This document shows, piece by piece, positions 1 to 7,784 of a stretch of 25,134 nucleotides of DNA. This DNA is from Bifidobacteriaceae bacterium (GTDB taxonomy: Bacteria > Actinomycetota > Actinomycetes > Actinomycetales > WQXJ01). Under the pieces are notes generated by a model. That model had not been told where the DNA came from. It searched no databases and saw only the letters and a program-made list of their open reading frames with translations. The position numbers were made by a program, and so were the translations under genes. Position 1 is the first letter of the stretch. Every line of letters starts with the position of its first letter. The stretch covers positions 1 to 25,134 of the forward strand of contig JAISIU010000341.1 in the NCBI GenBank assembly GCA_031261885.1. The letters are read 5' to 3'.

Positions 1-2
1 CC

Positions 3-974
3 ATCCGGGCCCCGGTCCGCCGCATACCGCGGCGCCCGCGGCGGCAACCCCACCGCCCGCTCCGCCGCCACCACCGGATTCGTGAAGAACGAACCCGCCG
101 ACCACGTGTCGTGATCCGCCACATCCACCACCATGCCCTTGCCCCGCCGCAGCGCCACCACGGCATCCGCCACCTCGCGCAACGGAGCCCGGTCCCCCAC
201 CGCAACCCCCAGAGCGGCCGCCAGCTGCCCGTACCGGACCGGCCACGAGAGCCCGTGCCCACCAGGGCAAGGACCCGCCGAACCGGCCTCATCGGGGCTC
301 ACAGCCCCGCCCGCCCCGGTAACGGCGCCAGCCCCACCGACCACGGCCAGGCGCCCCGAACCGCCCCCCGCGGCCACGCCGGACACGGGCCCGGCCGACA
401 CCCGGAACCGGACACTGAGCACCACCTCGACCGGGGCCACCGCGCCCGCCGCCCGCATGCGCCGCTTGAGCCGCGACGTGCGGTACCCGAGCCCCAGCTC
501 GCCCACTGGCACCACCGACTCCCGACCCGCCGCCCGGTCCCACACCCGCACCGACTCGATCAACTCCCCGACCTCACGGCCGTAAGCCCCCGCGTTCTGC
601 ACCACCGCGCCGCCCACCGACCCCGGAATGCCCGCCAACGCCTCGAAACCCGGCCAGCCCGCCTCCACGGCCGCCTCCACAAGCGACCACAACGCGACCC
701 CGGCCTCGACCTCCACGACCATCCCACCGGCATCGGACACCACATCCACACCCGACCGCCCCGCCGGCGGCACCACGCGCACCACAAGCGGCGCACCGGC
801 ATCGGACGCCACCACGTTCGAACCGCCACCCAACAAAATGAGAGGCGCGCCGGCCCGATCCGCCGCCCGGACCGCCCGCTGAAGCTCGGCCGGCGACGAC
901 GCCTCCACGAGCCGGCCGATCGGACCACCCACGCGCAGAGTCGTCACATCTCGGAAAGTCGCCACGCCCGCCAC
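3..974 (-). CDS. murB: UDP-N-acetylenolpyruvoylglucosamine reductase (MurB), 3' end beyond the left window edge
   Basis: Not in the ORF track (no stop codon in window). Hand translation from GTG 974 (GGAGG RBS 7 nt upstream) gives ...TFRDVTTLRVGGPIGRLVEA...LLGGGSNVVASD (FAD-binding GGGSN) and, near 60-120, DHDTWSAGSFFTNPVV, typical of actinobacterial MurB. Confidence 0.95.
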   Translation of the reverse strand, partial: MAGVATFRDVTTLRVGGPIGRLVEASSPAELQRAVRAADRAGAPLILLGGGSNVVASDAGAPLVVRVVPPAGRSGVDVVSDAGGMVVEVEAGVALWSLVEAAVEAGWPGFEALAGIPGSVGGAVVQNAGAYGREVGELIESVRVWDRAAGRESVVPVGELGLGYRTSRLKRRMRAAGAVAPVEVVLSVRFRVSAGPVSGVAAGGGSGRLAVVGGAGAVTGAGGAVSPDEAGSAGPCPGGHGLSWPVRYGQLAAALGVAVGDRAPLREVADAVVALRRGKGMVVDVADHDTWSAGSFFTNPVVAAERAVGLPPRAPRYAADRGPD

Positions 975-1020
975 GCTACTGCCTCCACCCGTGCAAACAG
1001 AAGCGAAAGAACAAGCCGGC

Positions 1021-1446
1021 TCAGGCCAGGCGCACCGTCACAAGCGCCTTGCCAAGCACCTTGTGGCCCTCATGCGCCACAGTCAGGGCCACGCGCGCCG
1101 TGCGCGCCTCCGCATCAAGCGACGTCACCTTGCCGCTCACCTCGACCGCCGCCTGGCCCAGCGCCGGCACCGGCACCGGCCGGGAAAAACGCACCTCGTA
1201 ATCGACGACCGCGCCCGGGCCGCCCGCCCACGCCACCACGACATCGATGGCCGCACCCATGGTCAACATGCCATGGACGATGACGCCCGGCAGACTCACG
1301 CTCCGCGCGTACTCGTCGTTGTAATGGATCGGGTTGAAATCCCCGCTGGCGCCCGCGTACCGCACGAGCTTGTCCCTGGTGAACGTCAACGTGCGCGGAC
1401 CGATCACGTCACCGGCCTGAACCGCCTCGAACGGCTTGGCGGACAT
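1021..1446 (-). CDS. MaoC/HadB-like (R)-hydroxyacyl dehydratase, catalytic hotdog subunit (141 aa)
   Basis: Hydratase-2 motif YAGASGDFNPIHY plus VIVHGM. ATG 1446 overlaps the upstream stop (TGATG), indicating translational coupling. Confidence 0.9.
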   Translation of the reverse strand: MSAKPFEAVQAGDVIGPRTLTFTRDKLVRYAGASGDFNPIHYNDEYARSVSLPGVIVHGMLTMGAAIDVVVAWAGGPGAVVDYEVRFSRPVPVPALGQAAVEVSGKVTSLDAEARTARVALTVAHEGHKVLGKALVTVRLA

Positions 1447-1916
1447 CAGCGCGCACCCCCCGCCGGCTCGGACTGGGCCCCACGCACCGCCAACGTGGAC
1501 CACACCTGGGCCACCGGCGCACCGCCGGCGTCCGTCAGGTCCGCCCGCGTGGTCACCGTGGTCAACGGGCCGCGCACCTGGATCTTCTCCACCTCGAGCG
1601 CCGCGGAAATCACGTCCCCGGCCACGATGGGCCGCTGCTGCGCGATCCGCTCCTCGGCATGGACCACATGGGAAAAATCGATGCCGGCCTCAGGGCAGCC
1701 GATGTACAGCGCCTCAACCGACTGGCCGATGACGCACGCAAACGTGGGCGCGGCGACGATGCCGGCATACCCCGCGGCCTGGGCGGCCGCTCGGTCGAAA
1801 CACACCCGATCCGTGGCCCCCACCGCGCGGCTGAACGCCACGAGCGCGGGGACAGTCACCTCGAACGGTTCGGCCAGACGGAACGTCCGGCCGACAAAAC
1901 TCTCATTGACACCCAT
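1446..1916 (-). CDS. MaoC/HadA-like hotdog-fold dehydratase partner subunit (156 aa)
   Basis: IVAAPTFACVI...VVHAEERI...RPIVAGD pattern of HadA-like proteins; lacks the GDxNPxH motif; sits in the usual rpmG-hadA-hadB order. Confidence 0.85.
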   Translation of the reverse strand: MGVNESFVGRTFRLAEPFEVTVPALVAFSRAVGATDRVCFDRAAAQAAGYAGIVAAPTFACVIGQSVEALYIGCPEAGIDFSHVVHAEERIAQQRPIVAGDVISAALEVEKIQVRGPLTTVTTRADLTDAGGAPVAQVWSTLAVRGAQSEPAGGAR

Positions 1917-1952
1917 CGATGCCGGGACCCCTGGGGGAAAGACGGGCGCCGG

Positions 1953-2123
1953 TCAGCGCGACTCGCGGTGCGGCGTGTGCTTGCCGCAACGCGGACAGAA
2001 CTTGTTCAGCTCCATACGGTTGGGGTCGTTGCGGCGGTTCTTCTTCGTGATGTAGTTGCGCTCCTTGCACACGGTGCAAGCGAGCGTGATCTTCGGGCGG
2101 ACGTCCGCGGCTTTGCTGGCCAA
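1953..2123 (-). CDS. rpmG: 50S ribosomal protein L33, zinc-ribbon (CxxC...CxxC) form
   Basis: [55 protein letters not shown]. Start is probably TTG 2123; GTG 2132 is the alternative. Confidence 0.97.
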   Translation of the reverse strand: MASKAADVRPKITLACTVCKERNYITKKNRRNDPNRMELNKFCPRCGKHTPHRESR

Positions 2124-2197
2124 CTTGTTCACGAACCTTTCTTCACCGGTCACCGGGCTTCAGGCGCGGACCGGCGAACCGGTGCCGCACCCAGACG

Positions 2198-2271
2198 TAG
2201 CGGGAGGGGGGATCGAACCCCCGACCTCACGATTATGAGTCGTGCGCTCTAACCGTCTGAGCTATCCCGCC
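2198..2271 (-). tRNA. tRNA-Met (CAT), probably elongator; CCA not encoded
   Basis: GGCGGGATAGCTCAGACGGTTAGAGCGCACGACTCATAATCGTGAGGTCGGGGGTTCGATCCCCCCTCCCGCTA; cloverleaf with acceptor stem GGCGGGA/TCCCGCT and GTTCGA T-loop. Confidence 0.96.
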
Positions 2272-2316
2272 GCGAGCGCACCCCACGCCCGGGAAATGGG
2301 CATGGGAGACACGCAG

Positions 2317-2389
2317 AGCCCCGAACGGGAATCGAACCCGTGACCTTCTCCTTACCAAGGAAACGCTCTACCGACTGAGCCATCGGGGC
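2317..2389 (-). tRNA. tRNA-Thr (GGT); CCA not encoded
   Basis: GCCCCGATGGCTCAGTCGGTAGAGCGTTTCCTTGGTAAGGAGAAGGTCACGGGTTCGATTCCCGTTCGGGGCT; acceptor stem GCCCCGA/TCGGGGC. Confidence 0.97.
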
Positions 2390-2401
2390 AGGCAGCAGTA
2401 C

Positions 2402-2431
2402 AGCCTACCGGAACCGGGGCCCCCTCGCCAA
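2402..2431 (-). promoter_or_regulatory. Probable housekeeping-sigma promoter for tRNA-Thr/tRNA-Met/rpmG
   Basis: TTGGCG (2431-2426), 18-nt spacer, TAGGCT (2407-2402), ending 12 nt upstream of the tRNA-Thr 5' end. Confidence 0.55.
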
Positions 2432-2512
2432 TCGAGCCCCCCGTTCCCGACCACCGCCGAACCCGGCCCGGCCTACCCCCGGCGAGCGCCGGCATCGGCC
2501 TCCCATGCCAGG

Positions 2513-3007
2513 TCAGCGATAGTTCGTGAACTGCAACGCCACATCCAGGTCCTTGCCGCGCAACAACGCGATGACCTCCTGCAGCTGATCCCTCGACTTG
2601 GACGTCACCCGGACCTCCTCGCCCATGATCGACACCTTCACACCCTTGGGACCCTCCTCGCGCACGATCTTCGCGACCTTCTTCGCGTGATCCGAATCCA
2701 GCCCGTCCCGCAGCTTCGCCTCGATGCGGAACTCCTTGCCGGACTGCTTCGGCTCGCCCTTGTCCAGCGCCTTCAACGACACCTTCCGCTTCACGAGCTT
2801 CGTCTCGAACACGTCCAGCACCGCCTTCACGCGGTCCTCCGACGACGCCGCCATCACCACCATGTCGGTGCCGCTCCAGGCGATCGACGCGCCCGTGCCC
2901 CGGAAGTCGTAACGCTGCGACACCTCCTTGGATGTCTGATTCAGCGCGTTGTCAACCTCCTGATGATCCACCTTCGAGACGATGTCGAACGAAGCGTCCT
3001 GAGCCAT
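2513..3007 (-). CDS. yajQ: YajQ family nucleotide/c-di-GMP-binding protein (164 aa)
   Basis: SFDIVSKVDHQEVDNALNQ...RYDFRGT...GEEVRVTSKSRDQLQEVIALL...LQFTNYR; GGGAGG RBS before ATG 3007. Confidence 0.95.
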   Translation of the reverse strand: MAQDASFDIVSKVDHQEVDNALNQTSKEVSQRYDFRGTGASIAWSGTDMVVMAASSEDRVKAVLDVFETKLVKRKVSLKALDKGEPKQSGKEFRIEAKLRDGLDSDHAKKVAKIVREEGPKGVKVSIMGEEVRVTSKSRDQLQEVIALLRGKDLDVALQFTNYR

Positions 3008-3102
3008 GAGTCCTCCCAGCTTGGGAAATAGGTCCAACACCTAGTATTGTGTCCTGGTGCGTGCCGCGCGAGCCCCACGGGGCCCCGCGCGTCGCCCAAC
3101 CC

Positions 3103-3184
3103 GGTGGGTTGCCCGAGCGGCCAAAGGGAGCTGACTGTAAATCAGCCGTCAACGACTTCGGGAGTTCGAATCTCTCACCCACCA
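3103..3184 (+). tRNA. tRNA-Tyr (GTA), long variable arm; CCA not encoded
   Basis: GGTGGGTTGCCCGAGCGGCCAAAGGGAGCTGACTGTAAATCAGCCGTCAACGACTTCGGGAGTTCGAATCTCTCACCCACCA. Confidence 0.97.
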
Positions 3185-3185
3185 C

Positions 3186-3231
3186 TCGGAAAGGGTCCGG
3201 GGGGCTTGTCCCCCCGGACCCTTTCCGATTT
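3186..3231 (+). terminator. Strong hairpin terminator after tRNA-Tyr
   Basis: Perfect 19-bp inverted repeat TCGGAAAGGGTCCGGGGGG (3186-3204) / CCCCCCGGACCCTTTCCGA (3210-3228), 5-nt loop, followed by TTT. Confidence 0.85.
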
Positions 3232-3278
3232 CGTGCGGAGAGATTCGGGAGCAGTCGCGGCGGAGCCGCGATCGCGGT

Positions 3279-3293
3279 TCTCTCACCCACCAC
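3279..3293 (+). repeat. Direct-repeat copy of the tRNA-Tyr 3' end (att-like)
   Basis: TCTCTCACCCACCAC is identical at 3171-3185 and 3279-3293. Confidence 0.85.
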
Positions 3294-3298
3294 GCGAG

Positions 3299-3337
3299 GC
3301 GGGCCACTGCGTCTTCCACCGGAAGACCGTGGCCCGC
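3299..3337. terminator. Hairpin, likely terminator of the convergent MFS gene
   Basis: GCGGGCCAC/GTGGCCCGC outer stem plus GTCTTCC-ACC-GGAAGAC inner stem, 27 nt past the MFS stop. Confidence 0.6.
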
Positions 3338-3364
3338 GACGCTTATCTGCCCGCGCGCGCTCGG

Positions 3365-4675
3365 CTAGGCCACGGGGTGTTTGGCGTCGTAGCGGAGGAA
3401 GGGGCGGTGCCAGCGCATGAGGACGGCCAGGGCCGCCGCGCAGACCAGGCCGCCGGCCACGGCCGCGCCGCCCTCGCCGATCAGGCCGGCCGCGCCGCCG
3501 CCCACCATCTCGCCCAGGCGCGGGCCACCCGTCACCACGACGGTGAACACGCCCTGAAGGCGGCCACGTAGGTTGTCGGGGGCCGCCACCTGGAGGATCG
3601 TGCCGCGGAACACGGCCGAGATCGCGTCGGCCATGCCGGCCACCGCGAGCGCGGCCATCGCCGCGATCATGGCCGGCCAGATGATATGCGCCGGGTGCGT
3701 GTGCCCCACGGCCACGAGCACGGCGCCGAAACCCGTGACCGCGAGGCCGTAGATCGAGACCGCGATCCACACCGCGCGGCCCTGGCGGCGCACCCGGCCC
3801 AACGGGCCCGAGAACACCCCCGCGAGCGTTGAACCGACCGCCATCGCGGCCGTCAGCCAGCCCGTGGTTCTGTCCCCGCCGCCGATCATCACGGCGCCCA
3901 CGGCCGGGAACAGCACCCTCGGATAGGCGAAGATCATCGCGCACATGTCGCACAGGAACGTCATAAGGATGTTGCGCCTGGTGGCGAGGTAGACGAACCC
4001 CTCGGCCACCGACCGCCAACCGCGCGCCGGCTTCTCAGCGGAAGCGCCGGCATCGGCCACGGTCCCGCCCACGGTGAGGGGCGGCTGCGGCGGCAAGCGG
4101 TAGATCGCGTACAACGCCGCCGTGAACGTGCACATGTCGACCGAATAGGTCCAGCCGTAACCGACCGTGCTCACGAGGAACGCGCCGATGACGGGCCCCA
4201 CCATGAGCGCGAAGTTGAAGGTCAACGTGTTCAGCGCGTTCGCGGCCGGCAGCTGCGCGGCCGGCACGAGGCGCGGGATGATCGCCGAACGCGCCGGCGA
4301 GTTCACGGCCGTGGCCCCCGATTGCACGGCCAACAGCCCGTACAGCAGCGGCAAGGACCCGACGTGGCAGAACGCCTGGACCACGATCCCGATCGTGGCG
4401 CACCACACGATCACCGAGGCGATGAGCGCCACCTTGCGGCGGTCGAACGCGTCGAGCAGCGCACCGCCGTACAGCCCCATGATGACCGTCGGGATCAGCG
4501 CCGCCAGGCCGATCCCGCCGACGGCCACGGTCGACCCCGTGATCTGGTACACCTGCAGCTGGACGGCGATGATCGTCATCTGGCTCCCGGCGTTCGCCAG
4601 CGACAGCCCCCACCACAGCCGGCGGAACTCGGGGCTCGTGCGCAACGGAGTCAGGTCGGCGAGGAGTCGTGGCAC
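3365..4675 (-). CDS. MFS transporter, EntS / H+ antiporter-like (about 436 aa)
   Basis: PRLLADLTPLRTSPEFRRLW start, GALLDAFDRRK motif A, QVAAPDNLRGRLQG, about 12 hydrophobic segments. GTG 4675 lies 8 nt after a TAGCGT -10 box. Confidence 0.88.
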   Translation of the reverse strand: MPRLLADLTPLRTSPEFRRLWWGLSLANAGSQMTIIAVQLQVYQITGSTVAVGGIGLAALIPTVIMGLYGGALLDAFDRRKVALIASVIVWCATIGIVVQAFCHVGSLPLLYGLLAVQSGATAVNSPARSAIIPRLVPAAQLPAANALNTLTFNFALMVGPVIGAFLVSTVGYGWTYSVDMCTFTAALYAIYRLPPQPPLTVGGTVADAGASAEKPARGWRSVAEGFVYLATRRNILMTFLCDMCAMIFAYPRVLFPAVGAVMIGGGDRTTGWLTAAMAVGSTLAGVFSGPLGRVRRQGRAVWIAVSIYGLAVTGFGAVLVAVGHTHPAHIIWPAMIAAMAALAVAGMADAISAVFRGTILQVAAPDNLRGRLQGVFTVVVTGGPRLGEMVGGGAAGLIGEGGAAVAGGLVCAAALAVLMRWHRPFLRYDAKHPVA

Positions 4676-4824
4676 GCTCAGCAACGCTACTCCCCGGCCA
4701 CTCGCCACAAACTTCCCGGCCCTGGTGGTCACATCCTGGCCCCAAATACGACCACCGGGGCCACCAAGTTCGGGAGGGCCCGGACTATGCTGGCCTGGCC
4801 CATCACCCGTCCAAAGGGGCAAGC

Positions 4825-6150
4825 ATGCACGCTGCCGGCCCGGCCCGGCCCACCGATCCATCCTCCCCGCGCCCACCGGCGTCCCCGGCCACGCGCGTCC
4901 GGCGCGACGCCATGACCTGGGCCTGTTACGGCGGCGGGACCTGCTGGGGCTACATCATGTACGGCTACTCGGCCGTCGTGCCGATGATGCTGACGGGCCT
5001 CGGCATCGACAAGGCGACGGCCGGCCTGCACGGCACGGCCTTCGCGATCGGGCTGATCATCGCGGCGCTCGCGATCGCGCCGGCGGTGGCGCGGCTCGGC
5101 CGGCGCGGCGCCATCGTGGCCGGCCTGCTGCTCGGCGCGCTCGGCACGTGCGCCATGGCGCTCGGCCCGTCCGTCTGGGTGACGGTCCCGGGCGCGGCCC
5201 TCGCGGCCGTCGGCACGCAGACGGCGATGTCGGTGGGCGACCTCGTGATCACGCTGCACCAGCGCGGCGCGTCCGGCGCGGCGCTCTCGGAGGCGACGCT
5301 CGCGGGCAGCCTCGTGAACTGCGCGGGTCCGCTGCTGGCCGCCCTCAGCGGCGGGCTCGGCTGGGGGTGGCGGCCCGTCATCGCGTTCGGCGCGCTGCTC
5401 GACCTCGCCATGGCCCTGTGGGTGGCGCGCCTGCCCGATTCCCCGGTGCTCGGCGGCCGCCGCCCGCCACGCCCGTCCCCGGCGCTTGCCGAAGCGTCCG
5501 ATGCCGTTCCCTCCGTCGCGCTCGAAACGCAGGCCGGGGACGCCGCCCCAGCGGCCGGCGCGCACCGGCCCGCGCCCGAGGCCAAACGCCTCGGGCTGAT
5601 GATCGCCTGGGCGCTGGCGCTGGTCGCGGGCGTCGTCGTCGAGACCTCGACCTCCTACTGGGCCGCCACGCTGATCCAGGAACGCGACCACGCGGCCGCC
5701 TCGATCGCCGGGGCCTGCGTCGCCGCGACCCTGATCGGGCAGATCCTCGGCCGAGCGGCGGCCAGCCGCTTGGCGCTCCGGTTCGGCGCCGCGCCGCTCG
5801 TGCTCGGCGCCGTCGTCGTGTCCGCGGCGGGCTGGCTCGTGCTGTGGAGCGCGACGGCCGTCCCGCTCGCGGTGACGGGCCTCGCGGTGTTGGGCGCCGG
5901 CATCGGCCCCTTCTACCCGCTGACGCTGAGCCGGGCGCTGGCCCACACGCCGCTGGACCCGGACCGCACGCAGGGGATCGTCCAGCTCATGAACGGCGTG
6001 GGGACGGCGCCGATGCCGTTCCTGCTCGGCTGGTTCTCCGACCAGTGGGGCGTGCACCAGGCGTTCCTGGTGATCCCGCTGCTGCTCGTGCTGCTCGTGG
6101 CCGCCACGGCCATCGGCGCGGGCCGCGCCCGGTCGCGCGCCGCCCGCTGA
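4825..6150 (+). CDS. MFS transporter, divergent, substrate unknown (441 aa)
   Basis: Motif-A-like VARLGRRG and LALRFGAAP; about 12 hydrophobic segments in two bundles joined by a Pro-rich linker. TATGCT -10 at 4785 and AAAGGGG RBS before ATG 4825. Confidence 0.8.
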   Translation: MHAAGPARPTDPSSPRPPASPATRVRRDAMTWACYGGGTCWGYIMYGYSAVVPMMLTGLGIDKATAGLHGTAFAIGLIIAALAIAPAVARLGRRGAIVAGLLLGALGTCAMALGPSVWVTVPGAALAAVGTQTAMSVGDLVITLHQRGASGAALSEATLAGSLVNCAGPLLAALSGGLGWGWRPVIAFGALLDLAMALWVARLPDSPVLGGRRPPRPSPALAEASDAVPSVALETQAGDAAPAAGAHRPAPEAKRLGLMIAWALALVAGVVVETSTSYWAATLIQERDHAAASIAGACVAATLIGQILGRAAASRLALRFGAAPLVLGAVVVSAAGWLVLWSATAVPLAVTGLAVLGAGIGPFYPLTLSRALAHTPLDPDRTQGIVQLMNGVGTAPMPFLLGWFSDQWGVHQAFLVIPLLLVLLVAATAIGAGRARSRAAR

Positions 6151-6176
6151 CCCGCCGGGCCCGGCGCCACGGCACC

Positions 6177-7451
6177 TCAGTCGGCGTCGTCGGATTGAGG
6201 GTTGACGATCTCGACGAACGGGCGGTGCCAGCCGGCCCAGTGGGCGTGCACGTGCCAGCGGCGGCGCGCGTACAGCGCCACGACGACGGACACGACGAGC
6301 GCCGCGAGCGCCCCCACCCAGATGCTCCACCGGGGCCCGAACCGCTGCGACACCCATCCGATGGTGGGCGAGCCGATCGGCGTGGTGCCGCGCGACATGA
6401 TCGAGTAGATGCTCATGACCCGACCGCGGTAGGCCGGGTCCGTGGTCAGCTGTACGGTCGAGTTGGCCGTCGTGATCAGCGTCAGCGTGAAGAAGCCGAC
6501 CAGGATGCCGGTGAGCCCGAACACGAGGTAGCTGGGCGAGGCACCGGACAGCAGCGAGACGGCCCCGAACCCGAAGGCCGCCCCGAGCACGAGCCGGACG
6601 CGCGGCCGCTGCCGCCTGGCGCTCATGAGCGCCCCGGCCAGCGCCCCGACCGCGAACATCGAGGTCAGGATGCCGTACTGGCCGGCCTGCTTGTTGAAAA
6701 TGGTGCGCGCCATGACGCCGATGGTGAGCTGCGAGTTGAATCCGAGGCAGCTGACGACGCCGAGCGTCACGAGGATGCAGATGATGTCGCTGCGCTTCGC
6801 GACGTACTTGAAGCCCTCGCGGATCTGGCCCTTGGCTTTCGGCGCGAGCCTTTCCGCGTGCAGCTCCGAGGTGCGGATCATCAGCAGCGCGCCGATCGTG
6901 AACCCGAACGAGCAGCCGTTGATGATGAACACCCAGCCGCAGCCCACGACGCCGATCAGCAGTCCGGAAACGGCCGGGCCGACGAGCCGGGCCACGTTGA
7001 AGGACGCGGAGTTCAGCGAGACGGCGTTCGCGATGAGCCGGGGCGGCACGAGCTGGCCGACGAACGTCTGGTTGGCCGGGCCGTCGAAGGCCGTGACGCA
7101 GCCGAGCTCGAACGCGATGGAGAACACCTGCCACATGCCGGCGTGGCCGGTCAGGATCAGCGTGCCGAACAGGAAGGCGGTCAACGACTGGAGCACCTGG
7201 GTCACGAGCAGGATGTGCCGCTTGTCGATGCGGTCCGCCACGAGGCCGGCCACGGGCGCGAGCGCCAGTGATGGGATGAACTGCAGCGCCGTGACGATGC
7301 CGACGGCGAACCCGTTGTCCTTCGTCAGGACCGTCAGCACGTACCAGTCCTGGGCCACGCGCTGCATCCACGTGCCGATGTTCCCGATGACGAAGCCGAT
7401 GAACCGGACGCGGTAATTACGGATCGCGAGTGAAGCGAAGGTTGAGCTCAT
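6177..7451 (-). CDS. MFS transporter (424 aa)
   Basis: TFASLAIRNYR...GTWMQRVAQDW, GLVADRIDKR motif A, NAVSLNSASFNVARLVGPA, QLTTDPAYRGRVMSIY. Confidence 0.9.
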   Translation of the reverse strand: MSSTFASLAIRNYRVRFIGFVIGNIGTWMQRVAQDWYVLTVLTKDNGFAVGIVTALQFIPSLALAPVAGLVADRIDKRHILLVTQVLQSLTAFLFGTLILTGHAGMWQVFSIAFELGCVTAFDGPANQTFVGQLVPPRLIANAVSLNSASFNVARLVGPAVSGLLIGVVGCGWVFIINGCSFGFTIGALLMIRTSELHAERLAPKAKGQIREGFKYVAKRSDIICILVTLGVVSCLGFNSQLTIGVMARTIFNKQAGQYGILTSMFAVGALAGALMSARRQRPRVRLVLGAAFGFGAVSLLSGASPSYLVFGLTGILVGFFTLTLITTANSTVQLTTDPAYRGRVMSIYSIMSRGTTPIGSPTIGWVSQRFGPRWSIWVGALAALVVSVVVALYARRRWHVHAHWAGWHRPFVEIVNPQSDDAD

Positions 7452-7515
7452 TCCGTGGTGGAGCCTACTCCCGGGGCCGCTGACCTGCCCGGGCAGATCG
7501 AGTAGGCTCTGGCAC

Positions 7516-7719
7516 ATGGCCACCACCCGCGCCCGGCAGTTCCACGTCGCCCTGTTCCTGGGCGGCACCGCGCTGTGGCTCGTGGCGCTCGCCGTGCTGT
7601 TCGTGCTCGACGCGCTCCACGTTTGGAAGCCCGGGGACTGGCTGTGGGTGTGCGGGATCGGCGCGGTGCTCGGCGCGGCCGGCGCGGCCTATTCGCACTG
7701 GTCGTGGCGTGCCAACTGA
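7516..7719 (+). CDS. Small two-TM membrane protein, DUF2530-like (67 aa)
   Basis: Two hydrophobic helices with WLWVCGIGAVLG; TAGGCT -10 box 7 nt before the ATG (leaderless geometry). Confidence 0.75.
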   Translation: MATTRARQFHVALFLGGTALWLVALAVLFVLDALHVWKPGDWLWVCGIGAVLGAAGAAYSHWSWRAN

Positions 7720-7767
7720 CAGCGGCGCACTCCCGCGGGGTGTCCGATGCCGTCACCCCGGCCGGGT

Positions 7768-7784
7768 GGGAAGGCGGCCTTCCC
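7768..7784. terminator. Short hairpin at the DUF3027 stop, between convergent genes
   Basis: GGGAAGG-CGG-CCTTCCC, 7-bp perfect stem; no U-tract. Confidence 0.4.

Noticed and set aside
111-2055. Plus-strand ORFs 111-1283, 133-585 and 991-2055
   Set aside because: Shadows of murB, hadAB and rpmG, which are encoded on the - strand.
3047-3571. ORFs 3047-3571 (-) and 3049-3420 (+) over tRNA-Tyr
   Set aside because: Overlap a clear tRNA and terminator hairpins; no protein motifs.
6153-6166. 14-bp palindrome CGCCGGGCCCGGCG between convergent MFS genes
   Set aside because: All-GC and loopless, plausible by chance at this GC content; at most a weak terminator.
4167-7371. 1034-aa (+) and 880-aa (-) ORFs spanning the MFS genes
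   Set aside because: Arg/Gly/Pro-rich off-frame translations overlapping well-supported transporters.
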